From: the human T2T-CHM13v2.0 reference genome, Homo sapiens
NCBI RefSeq assembly: GCF_009914755.1
Contig: NC_060931.1
Length of the DNA stretch: 64,000 nucleotides
Strand: one strand, 5' to 3'
Part shown: in pieces, positions 1 to 16,449 of the stretch
How positions within the stretch are numbered: the stretch's first letter is position 1
Layout of the letters: each line of letters starts with the position of its first letter
Program-made: the position numbers and the translations under genes
The notes under the pieces: model-generated
The model's database searches: none
Seen by the model: only the letters and a program-made list of their open reading frames with translations
Told to the model about the DNA's origin: nothing

Positions 1-241
<241 letters not shown>

Positions 242-344
242 TAGCCCTCTCCTCTTCCTTCCACCCCATGTGACATTCACATCCTCCATGTTTTAGCTCA
301 TTGGCCGTAAGAAAGATGCAAGGCACATGGAGTGACGATAGCTA

Positions 345-670
345 CAAGACCCTTGTGGCAGACCTCGTTGGTTTCCTTCCCAAGGTCTCCTTCCTTGCTG
401 GCAGGGCCATCTATATTCTATAACAGAGACAGAAAATACCCAGTACTCCCATTCCTAGCTTCCCTGTGACCCCAGTTCTGGTTTATGATGTGAGGTGAAG
501 TCTGCTGAGAATTTCTGGAAAGAAGAAAAGAATAAAAGTTTCTCCCCACTCCCCATCCCCAGGCTTTCTGTTTTTAATGTGATCAGGTAAAAGATGTGAT
601 GTTTGAAGCCCAGAAGGCCGTTTTGTGACAATGAGGATGAAGCTTAAGATATCGCATAAAAGCCAACTTA
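345..670. mobile_element. Old ERVL-type LTR fragment (LTR33/LTR16-like)
   Basis: gtgacccagttctgg...gaagtctgctg...ttctggaaag resembles the recalled consensus. Confidence 0.4.
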
Positions 671-671
671 C

Positions 672-805
672 TGTCTGTTACCCAGGCTGTCACCCGGGTG
701 GAGTACAGTGGCTTAATCACAGCTCACTGCAACCTCAAACTCCTGGGCTCAAGTGATCCTCCTGCCTCAGCCTCCTGAGTAGCTAGGACTAAAGGCATGC
801 ACCAA
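672..805 (-). mobile_element. FLAM/AluJ fragment
   Basis: ctcaagtgatcctcctgcctcagcctcctgagtagct. Confidence 0.75.
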
Positions 806-1055
806 AAGATAAGCTATCTTTTAATGCCACTTGTTAATTGATTTTTTTACTTGTATCCAAAAGCATCTTATCAATACCACTGAATCAATATAGTTTTCTA
901 ATATAAACAGACTGACCTGTGATGACTTAAGTTGCCTTTCAGACTGTGCATAGTATCTACTAGATCATTTCTGAATCCAATTTCTATTATGCTATAGAAA
1001 AGTAGTTATCAATCAAAGGTATACATCTAATATGTTGAGATTTAGATATAATCTA

Positions 1056-1416
<361 letters not shown>

Positions 1417-2054
1417 TCACTCATCCTCAACATGAACGCATTTTTTTCTCCCTAGATGCTTCTATAAACATAAGGCAGAATGCCTGTGAACATAAAAATG
1501 TCTTTTCCAGAAAAGGTGGATTTAAAAAAGTCTTTGTTAATACAATGTCTTGTGGAATGTAAAATATGAAAAGATGAAAATCATATCCACTAAGAGCTAA
1601 AAGTAATGATAATAATTTTAAAAGAAAAACAAAATTGACTTTAATATTTTGTTCATGCAACTCATTCTCATATAATCACAAACTATGAAATAAAAATCTA
1701 AGTATTTAAACCTGAGGTTTTGAGGTCATCTCAGGAACATTAGCAAATGCTAAGGAATCTTTTGCATTTATTCTCAGCTAGAAAAAATTGTCAAAAATTT
1801 TACTATATCCTGTAAGCATCACAATTATTCATTAGTCAGAAGAATAAAAATGTGGAAAGGATATTAAATGTGTTTAAGAATTGGCAAATCTCTATGCTGG
1901 GATTATCACTGAATTAATGGGAGCTCAAATATAAAATATCGACTAAATCACCTCATCTCATAGTCTGTCCCTTCATAGCCTATTCTATGATATGGAAACA
2001 ATATTATTGACAGTTCCTGAATGTCCCCTGTGAGCTTGGAAAATTTCCCATCAT

Positions 2055-2320
2055 GGCCGGGTGCGGTGGCTCACACCTGTAATCCAAGCACTTTGGGAGG
2101 GCAAAGCAGGTGGATCACTTGAAGTCAGGAGGCCAGCCTGACCAATATGGTGAAACCCAGTCTCTACTAAAAATACAAAAATTAGCCAAGCATGGTGGTG
2201 GGCGCCTGTAATCCCAGCTACTCAGGAGGTGGAGGCCGGAGAATTGCTTAAACCTGGGATTCAAATGGGTTCAGTCACGCCACTACACTCCAGCCTTGGC
2301 GACAAAGGGAGCTGTCATCT

Positions 2321-2351
<31 letters not shown>

Positions 2352-2363
2352 GAAAGAAAGAAA
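2055..2363 (+). mobile_element. AluS with A/(GAAA)n tail
   Basis: Alu consensus with poly-A and GAAA repeat. Confidence 0.9.
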
Positions 2364-2414
2364 GAAAATTTCATACACACTGAAGGTTAACCCCAAGCAA
2401 TTTATAACATTATA

Positions 2415-3530
2415 TCATTTAGGATTAGGCTAGTTGTTGGCAACATAGACTGAAGTTATAGCAGCTTAAACATACGGTTTATTATCTCTCATAAAATAAG
2501 TCCAGACATGGCAGTTTAGGGCTGATGTAAAGACTTCACAAAGTCATCAGGGACCCAAGCACTGCTATGCTTGATGCATGGCTTCTGTCCTTATTCCAGC
2601 CATCATATCTACATTCTAGCAGGAAGCAGAATGGAGTGGGAGGAAAAGGGCACAAATAGGGTAATTGCAATAAAGACACCTTTTCAGAAAAGAAGAGAAT
2701 GTGAAATGTACAGAGTGAAGAAATCTTTAGTTACTAGTGTCATTCCATCATTGATTTCTTGGTTTTGACAAATGTCCCATGTCAAGGTAAGATGTTAATA
2801 TTAGGGGTAGCTTGTTGGAAGGTATAAGGGAACTTTTTTATATAGTGGTAAAACTCACCATTTTTAAGTGTCCAATTCAGTAATTCAGTGGAATCAGTGC
2901 CTTCACAGTGTTATGCACAATCACCACTGTCCAAGTCCAGAACATTTTTGTAACCCCAAAAGGGAGCCCTGTACTCATTAAGCACTCTCCACTCTCCCTT
3001 CTCCCCAGCCCCTGGCAAACCACTAATCCATTTTCTGTCTCTGTGGATTTGCCTGTCCTAGATATTTCATGTAAATGAAATCATACAATATGTGGGCTTT
3101 AGAGAGAGTAATCAGAAGACTGGCTTCTTTCACTTAGCATAATGTTTTCAAGGTACGGGAATTCTTTGTACTATGTCTTTTCAACTTTTCTGTAAATCTA
3201 AAATTATTTCAAAATAAAAAGTTTATTTAAAAAATCTTAGTAGGCTTATGGTCTGTTTTCTTCTAATACGTTCCCCTTGCTAGTGACTATAGTCAAAGAT
3301 CAGGCTACATTTGTGTATGCTGAAGCCATCATGTTCATATTCCAGACAGGAAGCAGGAGTGGGAGTTGCAGGACGCATGGGATCATTCAGCAACTTCTGC
3401 TTACATCATGGCTGGGGAGTTGTAGTCTTTTAGCTGGGCACATTGCTGCCTGAATAAAACAGTGATCCTGTTACTTACTGAAGAAGAAGGTGAGAATGGA
3501 TATTGGGTAGGCAACTAGCAGTCTGCCACA
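2415..3530. mobile_element. MLT1 (MaLR) LTR pieces flanking old L1M fragments (~2700-3235)
   Basis: MLT1-like end ggatattgggtaggcaactagcagtctgccaca; L1M 3' motif cccagcccctggcaaaccactaatcc...tggcttctttcacttagcataatg. Confidence 0.55.
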
Positions 3531-3767
3531 GATCTCCAACAAAATTCCTCATGGCCATGAAAATTTGAAGCAAGTTTGCTTGCTTGAAGCTGTTTGCTCT
3601 AGGGAGCAACAGCATGAAACTTGAAGTCTCTCTGAAACCTGGCTTTGATACTATCTTTGTTACTTACTAGCTATGTGACCTCAGACAAGCTGACATCTAA
3701 ACCCTAATTTATCTTGCATAAATGCAGAGAAATAAAATATGCTCAGTACTTGTCAGAGTGCCTGGCC

Positions 3768-3771
3768 ATCG

Positions 3772-3802
<31 letters not shown>

Positions 3803-3818
3803 CCTCCTCATCATCATC
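3768..3818. repeat. (CAT)n/(CCT)n microsatellite
   Basis: catcgtcatcatcatcat...cctcctcctcatcatcat. Confidence 0.95.
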
Positions 3819-3869
3819 TTCGATGCCTTATCTCCCAGTCCAGAAAATTTTCTGTTACAATATTTTGAC

Positions 3870-4168
3870 TCTTTTTCTTTCTTTCTTTCTTTTTTTGGCA
3901 GGGTCTCACTCTGTCTCCCAGGCTGGAGTGCATAGGCACAATCTCGGCACACTGTAACCTCCACTTCCTGGGTTGAAGTGATTCTCCCACCTCAGCCTCC
4001 TGAGTAGCTGGGACTATAGGCGCGTGCCACCACACCCAGTTAATTTTTGGTAGAGACAGGGTTTCACCATGTTGGCCAGGCTGGTCTCAAACTCCTGACC
4101 TTAAGTGACCCGCCTTCCTCGGCCTCCCAAAATGCTAGGATTACAGGCATGAGTCACCATGCCCTGCC
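3870..4168 (-). mobile_element. Alu
   Basis: T-rich tail followed by antisense Alu dimer. Confidence 0.9.
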
Positions 4169-4539
4169 AATATTCTGCCTCTTTTAAGATTCTTTTTTGG
4201 TTTTGTTTTTTAATAATTTTTTAAAAAAATTAAAAAGTAGATAAATTTTTAAAAAATAAAAATAAAATAAAATATGCTTAGCAAGAAGATTAACTGTAAT
4301 AGTAAGTGGGAGCTATTTCATATTTATCTGATGAGAAGTGATTTGAAAAGATAAGATCTAGAGCTGGAGCAGGACTTGGAGGGGTTTCTCAGGAACAGCA
4401 GCCTTGTTGTTAAAAACAGGAGCTAATTGGTTCTCACAGATTTCAAAATTTTCTCCAATAGGCTGCTGACTAGCAGTGACAGCAGGTATTCTTGTTTCGT
4501 TATGGAAGACCTCAAAGGCTCTTCTGCCATAGTTCTCCA

Positions 4540-4879
4540 TGATGGTTACTTTTATGTGTCATTTTGGCTGGGCCACGGTGCCCAAATATGTGGATTATTC
4601 AGGATGTTTCTATGGGAGTATTTTTGGATGAGATTAACTTTAAATCGTTTAAATCGGTGGACTTTGAGTAAAGCAGATTACTTTCTCTAATGTGGATGGG
4701 CCTCATCCAATCAATTGAAGAAGCCCTGACTACAACAAAAGGCTGACCTCCACCACCCCCAGAGGGAGTTCTAGTGGCAGATGGTCTTCACACTTGAACT
4801 GCAGATTTGGGGTTTACCAGTCTCCGTAATTGCTTTAGCCAATTCCTTAAAATAAATCTCTCTTTCTCTCTTTATATAT

Positions 4880-4928
<49 letters not shown>

Positions 4929-4968
4929 ATCCCCTGTTGGTTCTATTTATCTGGAGAACCCTAATACA
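4540..4968. mobile_element. MLT2-family (ERVL) LTR with internal (CA)n at ~4882-4927
   Basis: tgatggttacttttatgtgtc...gagtaaagcagatt...ctggagaaccctaataca. Confidence 0.8.
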
Positions 4969-6100
4969 TTCTCTGACAGAAAACCTAGGGGTTAATTTCA
5001 CTGTAGTCTCTTTTAGCCTAGATCCCTTAGTAAAACTTACCCTTTTAAGATGTGTCTTAAAACATCACTGTATCTGAGGAAAGCACAGGATAATGACCCA
5101 ATTCCAACAAGATTGGTTACAATGAGCCTCTGTTCGGATGATTAAGTGGGGAGAGAATTAACTCTTAGCTGGGTATAAATGTGCATTGCCTATTCCAACC
5201 ATGTTTATGATAGACAAGGCCTTAACACATAAAGTAGGGGCTATATAAACACAGTGTTATAGTGACTATGTGTCTTACTCATATTAATTTTCCATATTGA
5301 GCTGGTGATTTCCTGGAACGCTTATTAATGTGCATATTAATTGCATTTCTAAAAGCCTTTTGCAGCTTTTAAAACGCAATTTATTAGCAAATATAGTTCA
5401 CAACCACAAACTCTTACTACTTTCCAACTGTGAATGCATCAATTCATCATTCCTTGATACTTTTTCATCATACATTTCAAAAGTGCATTCTCAATGTTTG
5501 GTTGGAAAAACTTCAAGTTGGCACTGAAAACAAATTATTGAGCATGAATGTGATTTTCCTATTCTAAAATATAAAATTATACATGTAATGATGACCCATT
5601 TACACAGGTAAACTAGAGTTTTATATAAGTAACTGAGAAAGGAGATATTTACGTTATGATTTTTCTAGTGTTGAATAAGAATTTTATGACTAGGTATGAG
5701 CCTTTTCAATATAAAGTAATAATTATTTTTCCACTAAAGATAATATGTAGCTTGTGCATTCAGATGTTTTTGATCACTTAAAGCATACAGCTTTATTTTT
5801 AGCTTTTGCATTCTAAAGAGTTGAAATAGTTTTAGGAACTCTCTCATTAATCTTCACAACATTCCCTTTGAGCTATAATGGGAATCAGTCATTATCTTTG
5901 GGTAACATAAGGATAATATAATATAGATGTATATTTATTAATATAAGTATTAATATGCTATATGCAGAATACACACATGCTCTGAGTATGTTCAGTTCTT
6001 AACATTTTTACTTAGACACAGGTTAAGTAACAGAGCCAAGCAAATGAACCTCTTTCATTAAATCTTTACCATCCGTATCTCACATGCATATGAAGGTTTA

Positions 6101-6457
<357 letters not shown>

Positions 6458-6759
6458 CTATATTTTTCCTATGTATATAATGCATGGAAATAATCTGGAA
6501 GGATGCATATTTAACTAATAACAGCAAATACCTTTGGAAAAGTAGTGCTTGCATCAGGATGGAAGTGGTGTTCTAAGAGACTTTAGTTTTATCCATTACA
6601 TATATAAACTCCTGGTCTCAAGTGATCCTTCTGCCTCAGCCTCTTGAGTGACTGGGACTACAGGTGTGTGCCACCACACCCAGCTGTTTTTTATAAGAAA
6701 TTAAGTTATGTATTGTTTTAGTAATTAATTAAAAAAAAAAATTTCCATCCTACCCAGCC

Positions 6760-7194
6760 TGAGGCAGAATAGGGTCTGGAGGCAGGGAACTTAAGGCTGA
6801 CTTCATGCTGACTTCCCTAGAACTGAATCAAAAGGAAAACTCCAACTTTCCACACCCAAGTAACAAAAGGATCAGAGGCTACTTCCTTTGCAACACCCCC
6901 CACCTTCTGTGTTGCAGATGAAAAATGGAAGGCACCTCTGATTGGTACCCTTCTGCAACCAATCAGACATTTGCGTACGGTGTAACTTTGTAACTTCACT
7001 TCAGCCGCACTGGTTGCCTTGTGCCAGAAAATTCTGTAACCCGCGCTCTTGAGCTGCTTGCTGGAGCCTGCTCCCACTCTGTGGAGTGTACTTTTATTTT
7101 AATAAATCTATGCTTTTGTTGGTTGCTTTGTTTGTGCGTTTGTCCAATTCTTTGTTTAAAACACCAAGAACCTGGACATCTTCCACCAGTAACA
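6760..7194 (+). mobile_element. MER51-family ERV1 solo LTR
   Basis: TG...CA termini; tgaggcagaatagggtctggaggcagggaac start; CCAAT boxes; AATAAA near 7101. Confidence 0.75.
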
Positions 7195-9157
7195 ACCAGG
7201 CAGGCATAATTAAAATAATTTGTAAAATGAAACTGCTGGGCTGTTTTTCCTCTTTGCAAGATAGAATTACAAACAGTATTTGTCATGCCCATCACCTGGG
7301 TCCCTATAATCCTATATCACCACTTTTGACCCTGGCCACCCAGTATCTGGTTTTAGAGACTCTTCTTACCACAGAGGAAAGGGTTTTGTGGAAATTTGTA
7401 CATGAGGCTTCCTTGTACATATATGATGGCTGAGAAAGAATAAGTAACACACGTATCCCTTAAAGCTCTGTTTGCAGTTTTGTTATGAATAATAATCTGG
7501 GTTTAAGTAACAATTATTTATTCAGTGTCTATTTGGTATCTAGGACCAGGGTAAACATTGAACATACAAACATGCATAAAAGTGTTCTTGCTTTTAAGGA
7601 AAGGTGGAAGGAGTGGGCAGACATAAACAAAAGAATGAAAATATAGTGAGATGAAAGCTAATGGAAGTCTGGGCCAAGTGCTTGGGCAACACAGAGGATG
7701 AGGTAACTAGTAGTGCAGAGGATAAAGGTGAAGAATAAATCAGGGCAGACTCATAGTGATATTTAAGTTGATTCTTGAAGCAAGAGTAGGAGTGTGCTTG
7801 GCAAACAAGAAGAAAATGAGCATAACCAGGCAAAAGAATTGTTAGACTCTCTAATCAAAGATCACCAGGAGTACCTGTTGATTATCCAAAGCTGGGTTTA
7901 TTATGCATACTGAGCAAGGCACAGCACAACTGTGACGGTGACCCAAAAGGAAGGAGTCAGGGAAGGGTACTTGGGTAGGGGCTGCAGTTAATAATCAGGT
8001 GGTTTTAGGTGGCAGATAGTAAGTGTGGTCTTAGCAGGGATTGGTCAGAATATGTAAATGAAGTGAGCTGTTAGGAGAGTCAGTGGTCCCATCTGCACAA
8101 GATATGAGTCTGCAAAATTTCAGTTAAGTCAGTTTATCTGTGGTCTTACTTGGAAGATGTGAATCTGAAGGAGATAGGGTTAATTTGATCTTAGATTGTG
8201 TGTGTGGCACATTATGGTTTGGTGCAGTTTATCTGTTTTGTGAGTCATGGTGCATTTTCCAAGTTGCATTTCTGTTTCATTTCTAGGATCCATTTGTGCA
8301 CTAAATATAAGGCCATAATCTGAGAAATATGTCACATGAAAATAATGACTCAGTCTGGATGTCAGCCTCAGGGCCAGGGCAGTGATCCATCACAGATGGT
8401 TTTTTGTTTCTCATTGCCCAGCAGGTCCATGGGACGGTATGGGGCAGAAGGACCAATCATAGCTCCAAGTTGTATGTCAGAAGGGCAAGAACAAATCTGC
8501 GAGATTTCTAATGTTGGAGCTGGAGAAGTGACTCCAAACAGGTTGTCAAAGCAAGGAAAGCCTGAGATGAGGATCTTGAGCCAGAGTAAGAAAGAACAAA
8601 CAACAGTGATTTAAGCTGAACAAGTGGGATTCCTAGTGATGTGTTTGCCTATAATACCAGGGGTCAAGAAGAATGTCAGAAAATCACACCCCAGATAAGA
8701 ACTACATAGTCTCTGAAGTCCTTTCCAAATTCAAAACTTAATGGATCAAAAGGATGAAGGTAGAAAAGGGCAAGGTAGAACTGATGGACATAAGGATAAG
8801 CAAATGGTCATAAAATATATACAATTTTGTCAAGTGAAACTTCTTATCTACTCACTGCAACATCCCCTCAATGGGTGGTCATCTGCCTTCTGCATGACAA
8901 CTTTCAAAGAGTTTATATACTACTTTACAATGTGTCCATTTTGTGTGTGTATGTGGGGGTACAGTTTTAATCATCAACTGAGGTAAAACTGGATTATCTG
9001 TCATTTCTGCTCATTATTTCTGCCTTGGGAACTATACGGCATATATCTTACCTTCCACACAATAGAGGCCTGCAAATATTTTAAGAAAGTAACCAATATT
9101 ATTATTTCCCCAATGTGTTTCTTATTCCTGACTAGAGGTCCATTAAAATAATTTCTT

Positions 9158-9294
9158 GGCCAGGCATGGTGCCTCAATGCCTATAATCCCAGCACTTTAG
9201 GAGGCGAGGATGGGAGGATTGCTTAAGGCCAGGAGTTTGAGACCAGCTTGGTCAACATAGTGAGACACTGACTCTACCAAAAAAAAAAAAAAAA
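9158..9294 (+). mobile_element. FLAM (Alu left monomer)
   Basis: Single monomer with poly-A. Confidence 0.85.
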
Positions 9295-9786
9295 TTCCAC
9301 TTTTATTCTGATAATTTCTTGTCATGTACATATAGGAATAAATTATAAACATATATGTAAATTTTGACTTTTATGGTTTTAATATTGATAAATATTTTTA
9401 ACAGTGAATAAACTTTTTATTTTAGAATAGTATTAGATTGATATAAAAGTTGCAATAATATTACAGCGAGTTCTCACATACCCCACACCTAGTTTCCCCT
9501 ATTATTTATGTCATTATGGTACATTTGTTACAGCTAATAAACTGATATTATTAACTAAAGTCCATACTTTATTCACATTGCCTTAGTTTTTACCTAATGT
9601 CTAAAAGTCCACTTTTCACATGACAGTTTTCTGGCCTTTATAGTCCTGGACAAAGCCCTCTTCAAATGCTCAGAAATAAACATGATTCTCCAGATGTAAT
9701 CTTCCCAAAGAAGATCCCTGGTCAGAAACTAGAAAGTGAATGAAAATAAGAAAGAGAGGTTGGGGCAACCCCAAGAAAGGATACGA

Positions 9787-10636
<850 letters not shown>

Positions 10637-11606
10637 AGTATGCCACGTCTCTTATCCATGAACCACTCATTGTTCATCCAACATTGTAACATGAAGGGCA
10701 TTTAGCCATTCTCTGCTGTGAATTCATTTATTTAGCAAGTGCTTTAGCTCCTGCTATGGGGCAGAAATGACTGCACTTTGCAGAAAGGACTTTGGATAGA
10801 AACAAAGGTCAGGCTGGGGCATGTGGCCCCAGCTAGTAAATGTAAGTGTGAAATATCAACACATTAGTGTTAAAGTCAAATTTCTTGCCTTTAACCATCA
10901 GACTCCTAAGACCAATAAATGCAGGGAAACTGTGTTCAATTACGATTTGGAGTTGTTAATAAAGATAGACCATAATTAAGAAACCAGTAGTACCCAGGTC
11001 CATACGTGTGCTATTTGTACTTCTATCTTAAGAGAGTAGGACATTATTAAGATTCAAGGGTAAACAGGTGACTCTTAATGTGTATCTCAAGGTTGAGAAC
11101 CACTGGTTTACTGAGTAGGTTCTACATGGGTGAGAGACTATGTAAAAGAAAGTCCTTTTTTCTTTTGATATGTATTGTCCACCTAACTGTTGATGTAAAG
11201 TAGTTGTGATATCATAAACACGTACTAATGATGTTGGCCACCATTTACTGAGCCTGTGGTGATGTGGACCAGCCTCTGCATTAAGTGCTTGGCATTCATT
11301 TTCTTATTTAACCTTCACAAAGACTCTTGTGGGAGATATCCTAATCACAATTCCACAAGGAGTGAATTGAAAATTAGAAAGATTAAGCACTTACTATTAG
11401 TAATTTCGTACTGAGCCCAGGTTTGAGCCTGGATTTGTCTGATGCCTGGCTGGCAGTGAAGAGGCTGTGGTTTACCTGGCTCAAGCATGAGCCATATGAG
11501 TCGGGGAACATGTGATGAATGGCTGGCCTCGAGGAGGTTCACCACTGGGGTTTGGAAAATAAAGATATCCTTTAAACATGAAATAGAAATGTTTAGCTAG
11601 TTCTGA

Positions 11607-12296
<690 letters not shown>

Positions 12297-12619
12297 CCTG
12301 GGATGTAATATTGTGTCATTATACTAAAGTCCAGATGCCAGGCTAGCACTGTAGGTAAAGAAGCCAAGCTTCGCCTAGGGGTGGATTGATGAGTTTGATA
12401 TAGCTTATTCCAACAAATCTATGATATAGTTTATTCAATCAACAGGGCAATCAGTTTAAAGGAAAAAGAAATAAACTTTACCTACCCATGAGGGTAGGAG
12501 GAATGTGAGAAAGAATGAGGAAATTAATACATATAAATGTAGAGAGAAGGAAGACAGAGCCAGGTGGTGTCTTCCCATGATGATATCATTAATACTAGTA
12601 ATAATAATGATGATGATAG

Positions 12620-12990
12620 CATTTTAGTCAGTTAGGGCTGCTGCAACAAAGTGTCATAGACTGAATGGCTTAGAAGCAACAGAGATTTACTTGATGGAGT
12701 TTTGGAGGTTGGAAGTCTGAGATCAGGGTGCCAGCATGGTTGATTCCGGGATGGCCCTTTTCCAGGTTGCAGACTGCCAACTTCTCAATGGACTCTCACA
12801 AGGCAGAAAGAGGACAAGAGAGCTCTCTGAAGGCATTATAAGGGCACTAATGCCATTCATGAGGGCTCCACCCTTATGACATATTACCTCCCAAAGGTCC
12901 CTCCTCCTAATATCATCACACTAGGGGCTAGGATTTCAATATATGAATGTAGGGTGTGGAGCGGGGGGTATATATTCAGTCCATTGCAGA
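12620..12990. mobile_element. MLT1A/MSTD-like MaLR LTR
   Basis: ttagtcagttagggctgctgcaacaaa...gggcactaatgccattcatgagggctccaccc. Confidence 0.75.
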
Positions 12991-14709
12991 TAGGAAACTT
13001 TTTTGAGTATTTATCATATGCAGGCACTTATGTGAATGTTTCATAACTATGAAATAGGTGCTATATGGATGATAAAAAGCTCAGAGAGGTGAAGTAATTT
13101 TCATAAGGTCACTCAGGTCTATCAGACTCAAAAGCTAAGAAACAGTACTATTTCTTTATCCATGTGTGTATCACCTATTATCCAGCCAGGATGTCCTTCA
13201 AACCTCCCTCTAAGAAGGCATGAAGACTAAGAAGGATGTGGAGCGAAAGTATCTGGGTGATCTGAGATACAGTTTCACTGGATGGGATTCTCAGGAGGGC
13301 GTGGACACCACTGGTGAGAGCCTAGTGCTGTTTGGTTATTGTAGGAGGAGAAATCTGTGCTTTCTCAGCCTCACTGTACTTATGAACTTTGTGTTTTCTT
13401 TACGTTCTTTTATCTTCAATCATATTCCTTTGGGAAATTCCAGCTTGCTTTACTGTGCTGAGATAACAATGTTCTTTTGTTCATGTCTGAGCCAGAGAGT
13501 TTCTCTGCCAAGGGTAGAGGAAAGGATGTGATGGGATGGGGGTGGGCATGGAGTTAACAGTGGATTTCAAAATGTGAGAAGCTTAAAAGGGCGACCCATC
13601 TGCACACACACACTCCTGGGTCCTTTTCTCCTCCATGTACCGTTGCAAGGGAGAGGGCAATGAAAAATGGCGAACATCTTTTTACTTAACCTTGCTGTGT
13701 TGTCCCCTCTTGGCTGTAGATGGTCTCTGCAAAACAGGCATCCAGTGGAGCATATGTAGGGTTCTCTGGGGACTGCTATAGGGGTCCTCCCCACTGTTTA
13801 GTTCTCTGACTAGAGAGAAGCTAGCCTGATGCTTTTTAAAATCCACCAACCCCCTCTCCTATCCCTCTTTTCCAGTCCTGCCGCCCCTTGATCTTGGGTC
13901 CTTTTGCCCCACAGGCAGCCCTCTTGGGCGGGGCACCTCCAAGATGGCTCAAGCCTATCTGTCTTCATCAGGGTCCACTCAGATCCTTGCCAAGCCCAAG
14001 AGAAATCTGACAAATTACTCATACAAAAAAATAAAACCAAAACACACAACTGTTTCCACTGACCTATTTGTGTTTTACCAGCTAAGGCTAACATGGTGCC
14101 CTCTTTGAGTGCAGCTGTCCTACTACCTCAGCAAGGGAGCAGCCTGCTCCTAAACTGTCCTGTCTCCCTTCCTTGTTGTCACTCCCTGATTTCTTTTTCC
14201 TTATGCTCAAATGGGCATAATGGATAAATCAGCAATATCAGGGCATAATTATAACTTCAGCCGGGGAATGACTCTCTCCTCACAGGCCCTTTCCAAATGT
14301 ACAAATTTACCAGAGATTCTCTTACTGTCCTCCTCATGTGGCTTGGGTTGGGAATGGAGAAGGAAGAAGCACAAAAGAAGCGTGGTGAAGAGAGGGAACT
14401 CACCACACAGCTAAAGGATTTCTTGAGAATTATGAATGGGAAGTACAAGCACCTATTTTCCTCAGTTTTAGGATCCAATGTTCTCAGCTTTGGGGTTTTC
14501 CCAGCAATCAAGAGGTGACAGGAAAAATCTTATTTAACTTTCGGTTATATGTATATACTGAACATATAGGTGCAGAAATATATACTGAACAGCAAAGGTG
14601 CAGAAATATGTTTATCTCAGTCATAGGGTTGATGTGAGAATCAAATGAGATAGTCAAAAGGCTAATAGCTCCAGCCTACGGTATCTCTTAAATTAGTGAT
14701 AGCGATTCT

Positions 14710-15052
14710 AGTTCCACAATCCCTTATTTGAAACCTGTAGGGCCAACCATATTCTAAGATTCAGAAGTTTTTGGACTTTAGAATAGTAATTCTATATATT
14801 ATAGCACCTCCAGGGAGTCTGGAGCAAAGTCTTCTAATCAAACACATTCATATTTCTGCAGTGAAATGTATAAATAGTAACAGTAAATGGTTTAAATAGA
14901 TTTTAAATAGCCTGACATCAGTTCAGGTGATAATTTGCCACTAAATGAGTTCAGACTAGTCCAAGGTTTTGGCATTTTGAGATATGACAAATTGTCAATT
15001 TCAAGAGTTCTTTGGATTTCAAAATTTCAGACAAAACATTGTGGACTTGTAT
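14710..15052 (-). mobile_element. MER46C-like Tigger DNA transposon remnant
   Basis: cagttcaggt...tttgccactaaatgagtt...tttggatttc matches the reverse of the element at 35.9 kb. Confidence 0.55.
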
Positions 15053-16061
15053 TAAGAATACAAGGTCTTTGTCCTAGGAACTAAAGCCCAACAAACCAAG
15101 TGCTAGACTGTAGCTTTCCTTGCTGACAGTTTCCGTCATTGTGTCATTGACCCGGCCCTTCACAAAATAAACTGTGCTTTGTGTGACCCATTCATATTTT
15201 CCTTACCCAGCCTAAAACAATACCCTTTCTAAGTGTATCAATTTTTCTCCCACTCTGGCAAGAGCAGTTGGCTTCTAGTAGGCAAAGCCTCTTGGGTGAC
15301 TATAACAGTACAGAGATTTATTAAAGGGTGCCCTGCTGGTTAACAAGCATTCACACAACTCTGAAACATGCCTAAGTTATAAGTAGGGATGGTCAAACAC
15401 AAGGCTGAGTTCATTGGGAATTTTGCTCCCCTTAGAGAGTATAGAATACACTGTTTAGTCATTAGCCCCTTTAAAGTGTTTGGTTCTGGCTACTGTCCAT
15501 TGATTAGATATTCCATGAGCATTGGCCAAGCTCCAGGTAATCAAGGGTTCCTTCTACTTTTGAATGGCTGATTTTTTTTTCAGTTTAAAATATGGTAGAA
15601 TGAAAACCATAAATTTAATCCTCAGAGTCCCCAGATCTCTTGCAACTATTATTTGACTTGGGATATTCACTACCAATTAGTTGACTCATTTAAAATAATG
15701 TATGGTGGAAAGCTTCATTTTATGCTAAAAATATTTTTAATATAAACTTATTATAGCAATGAGAGATATTTTTAGCACAATTTAAAAAGTGCCCTAGAGC
15801 TTTAAATTGAAAGAGTATGTTAATAACTTCCACAGAGTTGGCATGAAATATAATTTTCAAGAAACACATGGGATGATAAACACTCAATTCAGAATATTAG
15901 TTATCCCTGTATGGAGGGGAATGCAATCTCTGGGAGTACACAGAGCCCTTCTTTATCAATAAGTCAATACTCTGAAAGATTGATTGATAAAGTCAATATT
16001 GATAAAGTTTTGATAAGGTTTTATTTTTAAGATGGATTAAGGGTTCATGAGAATTTATTAC

Positions 16062-16449
16062 TCTTTCTTTTCTCCCTTCCCTTCCTTTCCCTGCCCTTCC
16101 CTTCCCTTCCCCTTTTCCTTCCCTCCCTTCCTCCCTTTTTCCCTTTCTCCCTTTCTCTCTTTCTTTCTTTCACAGGGTCTCACTCTTGCACCCAGGCTGG
16201 AATGCAGTGGCATGATCATGGCTCATTGCAGCCTCAACCTCCCTAGCTCAGGTGATCCTCCCACCTCAGCCTCCTGAGTAGCTGGGACTACAGGCACATG
16301 CCACCACATCTGGCTAATTTTTGTATTTTTTGTAGAGATAGGGTTTTGTCATGTTGCCCAGGCCAGTCTCAAACTCCTGGGCTCCAGTGATCTGCCTGCC
16401 TCAACCTCTCAAAGTGCTGGGACTACAGGTGTGAGCCACTATGCCTGGC
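16062..16449 (-). mobile_element. AluJ with expanded CT-rich tail (16062-16170)
   Basis: Polypyrimidine tract followed by antisense Alu. Confidence 0.9.

Noticed and set aside
3714-3964. Poly-Ile/Ser/Met ORFs
   Set aside because: Frames of the (CAT)n microsatellite plus Alu.
7838-8620. Possible ancient LTR or processed-pseudogene fragment
   Set aside because: No family or protein I can name with confidence; needs a Dfam/BLASTX search.
15951-16017. Cluster of TGATAA (GATA) motifs
   Set aside because: Arises from short slippage repeats in AT-rich L1-like sequence; no other support.
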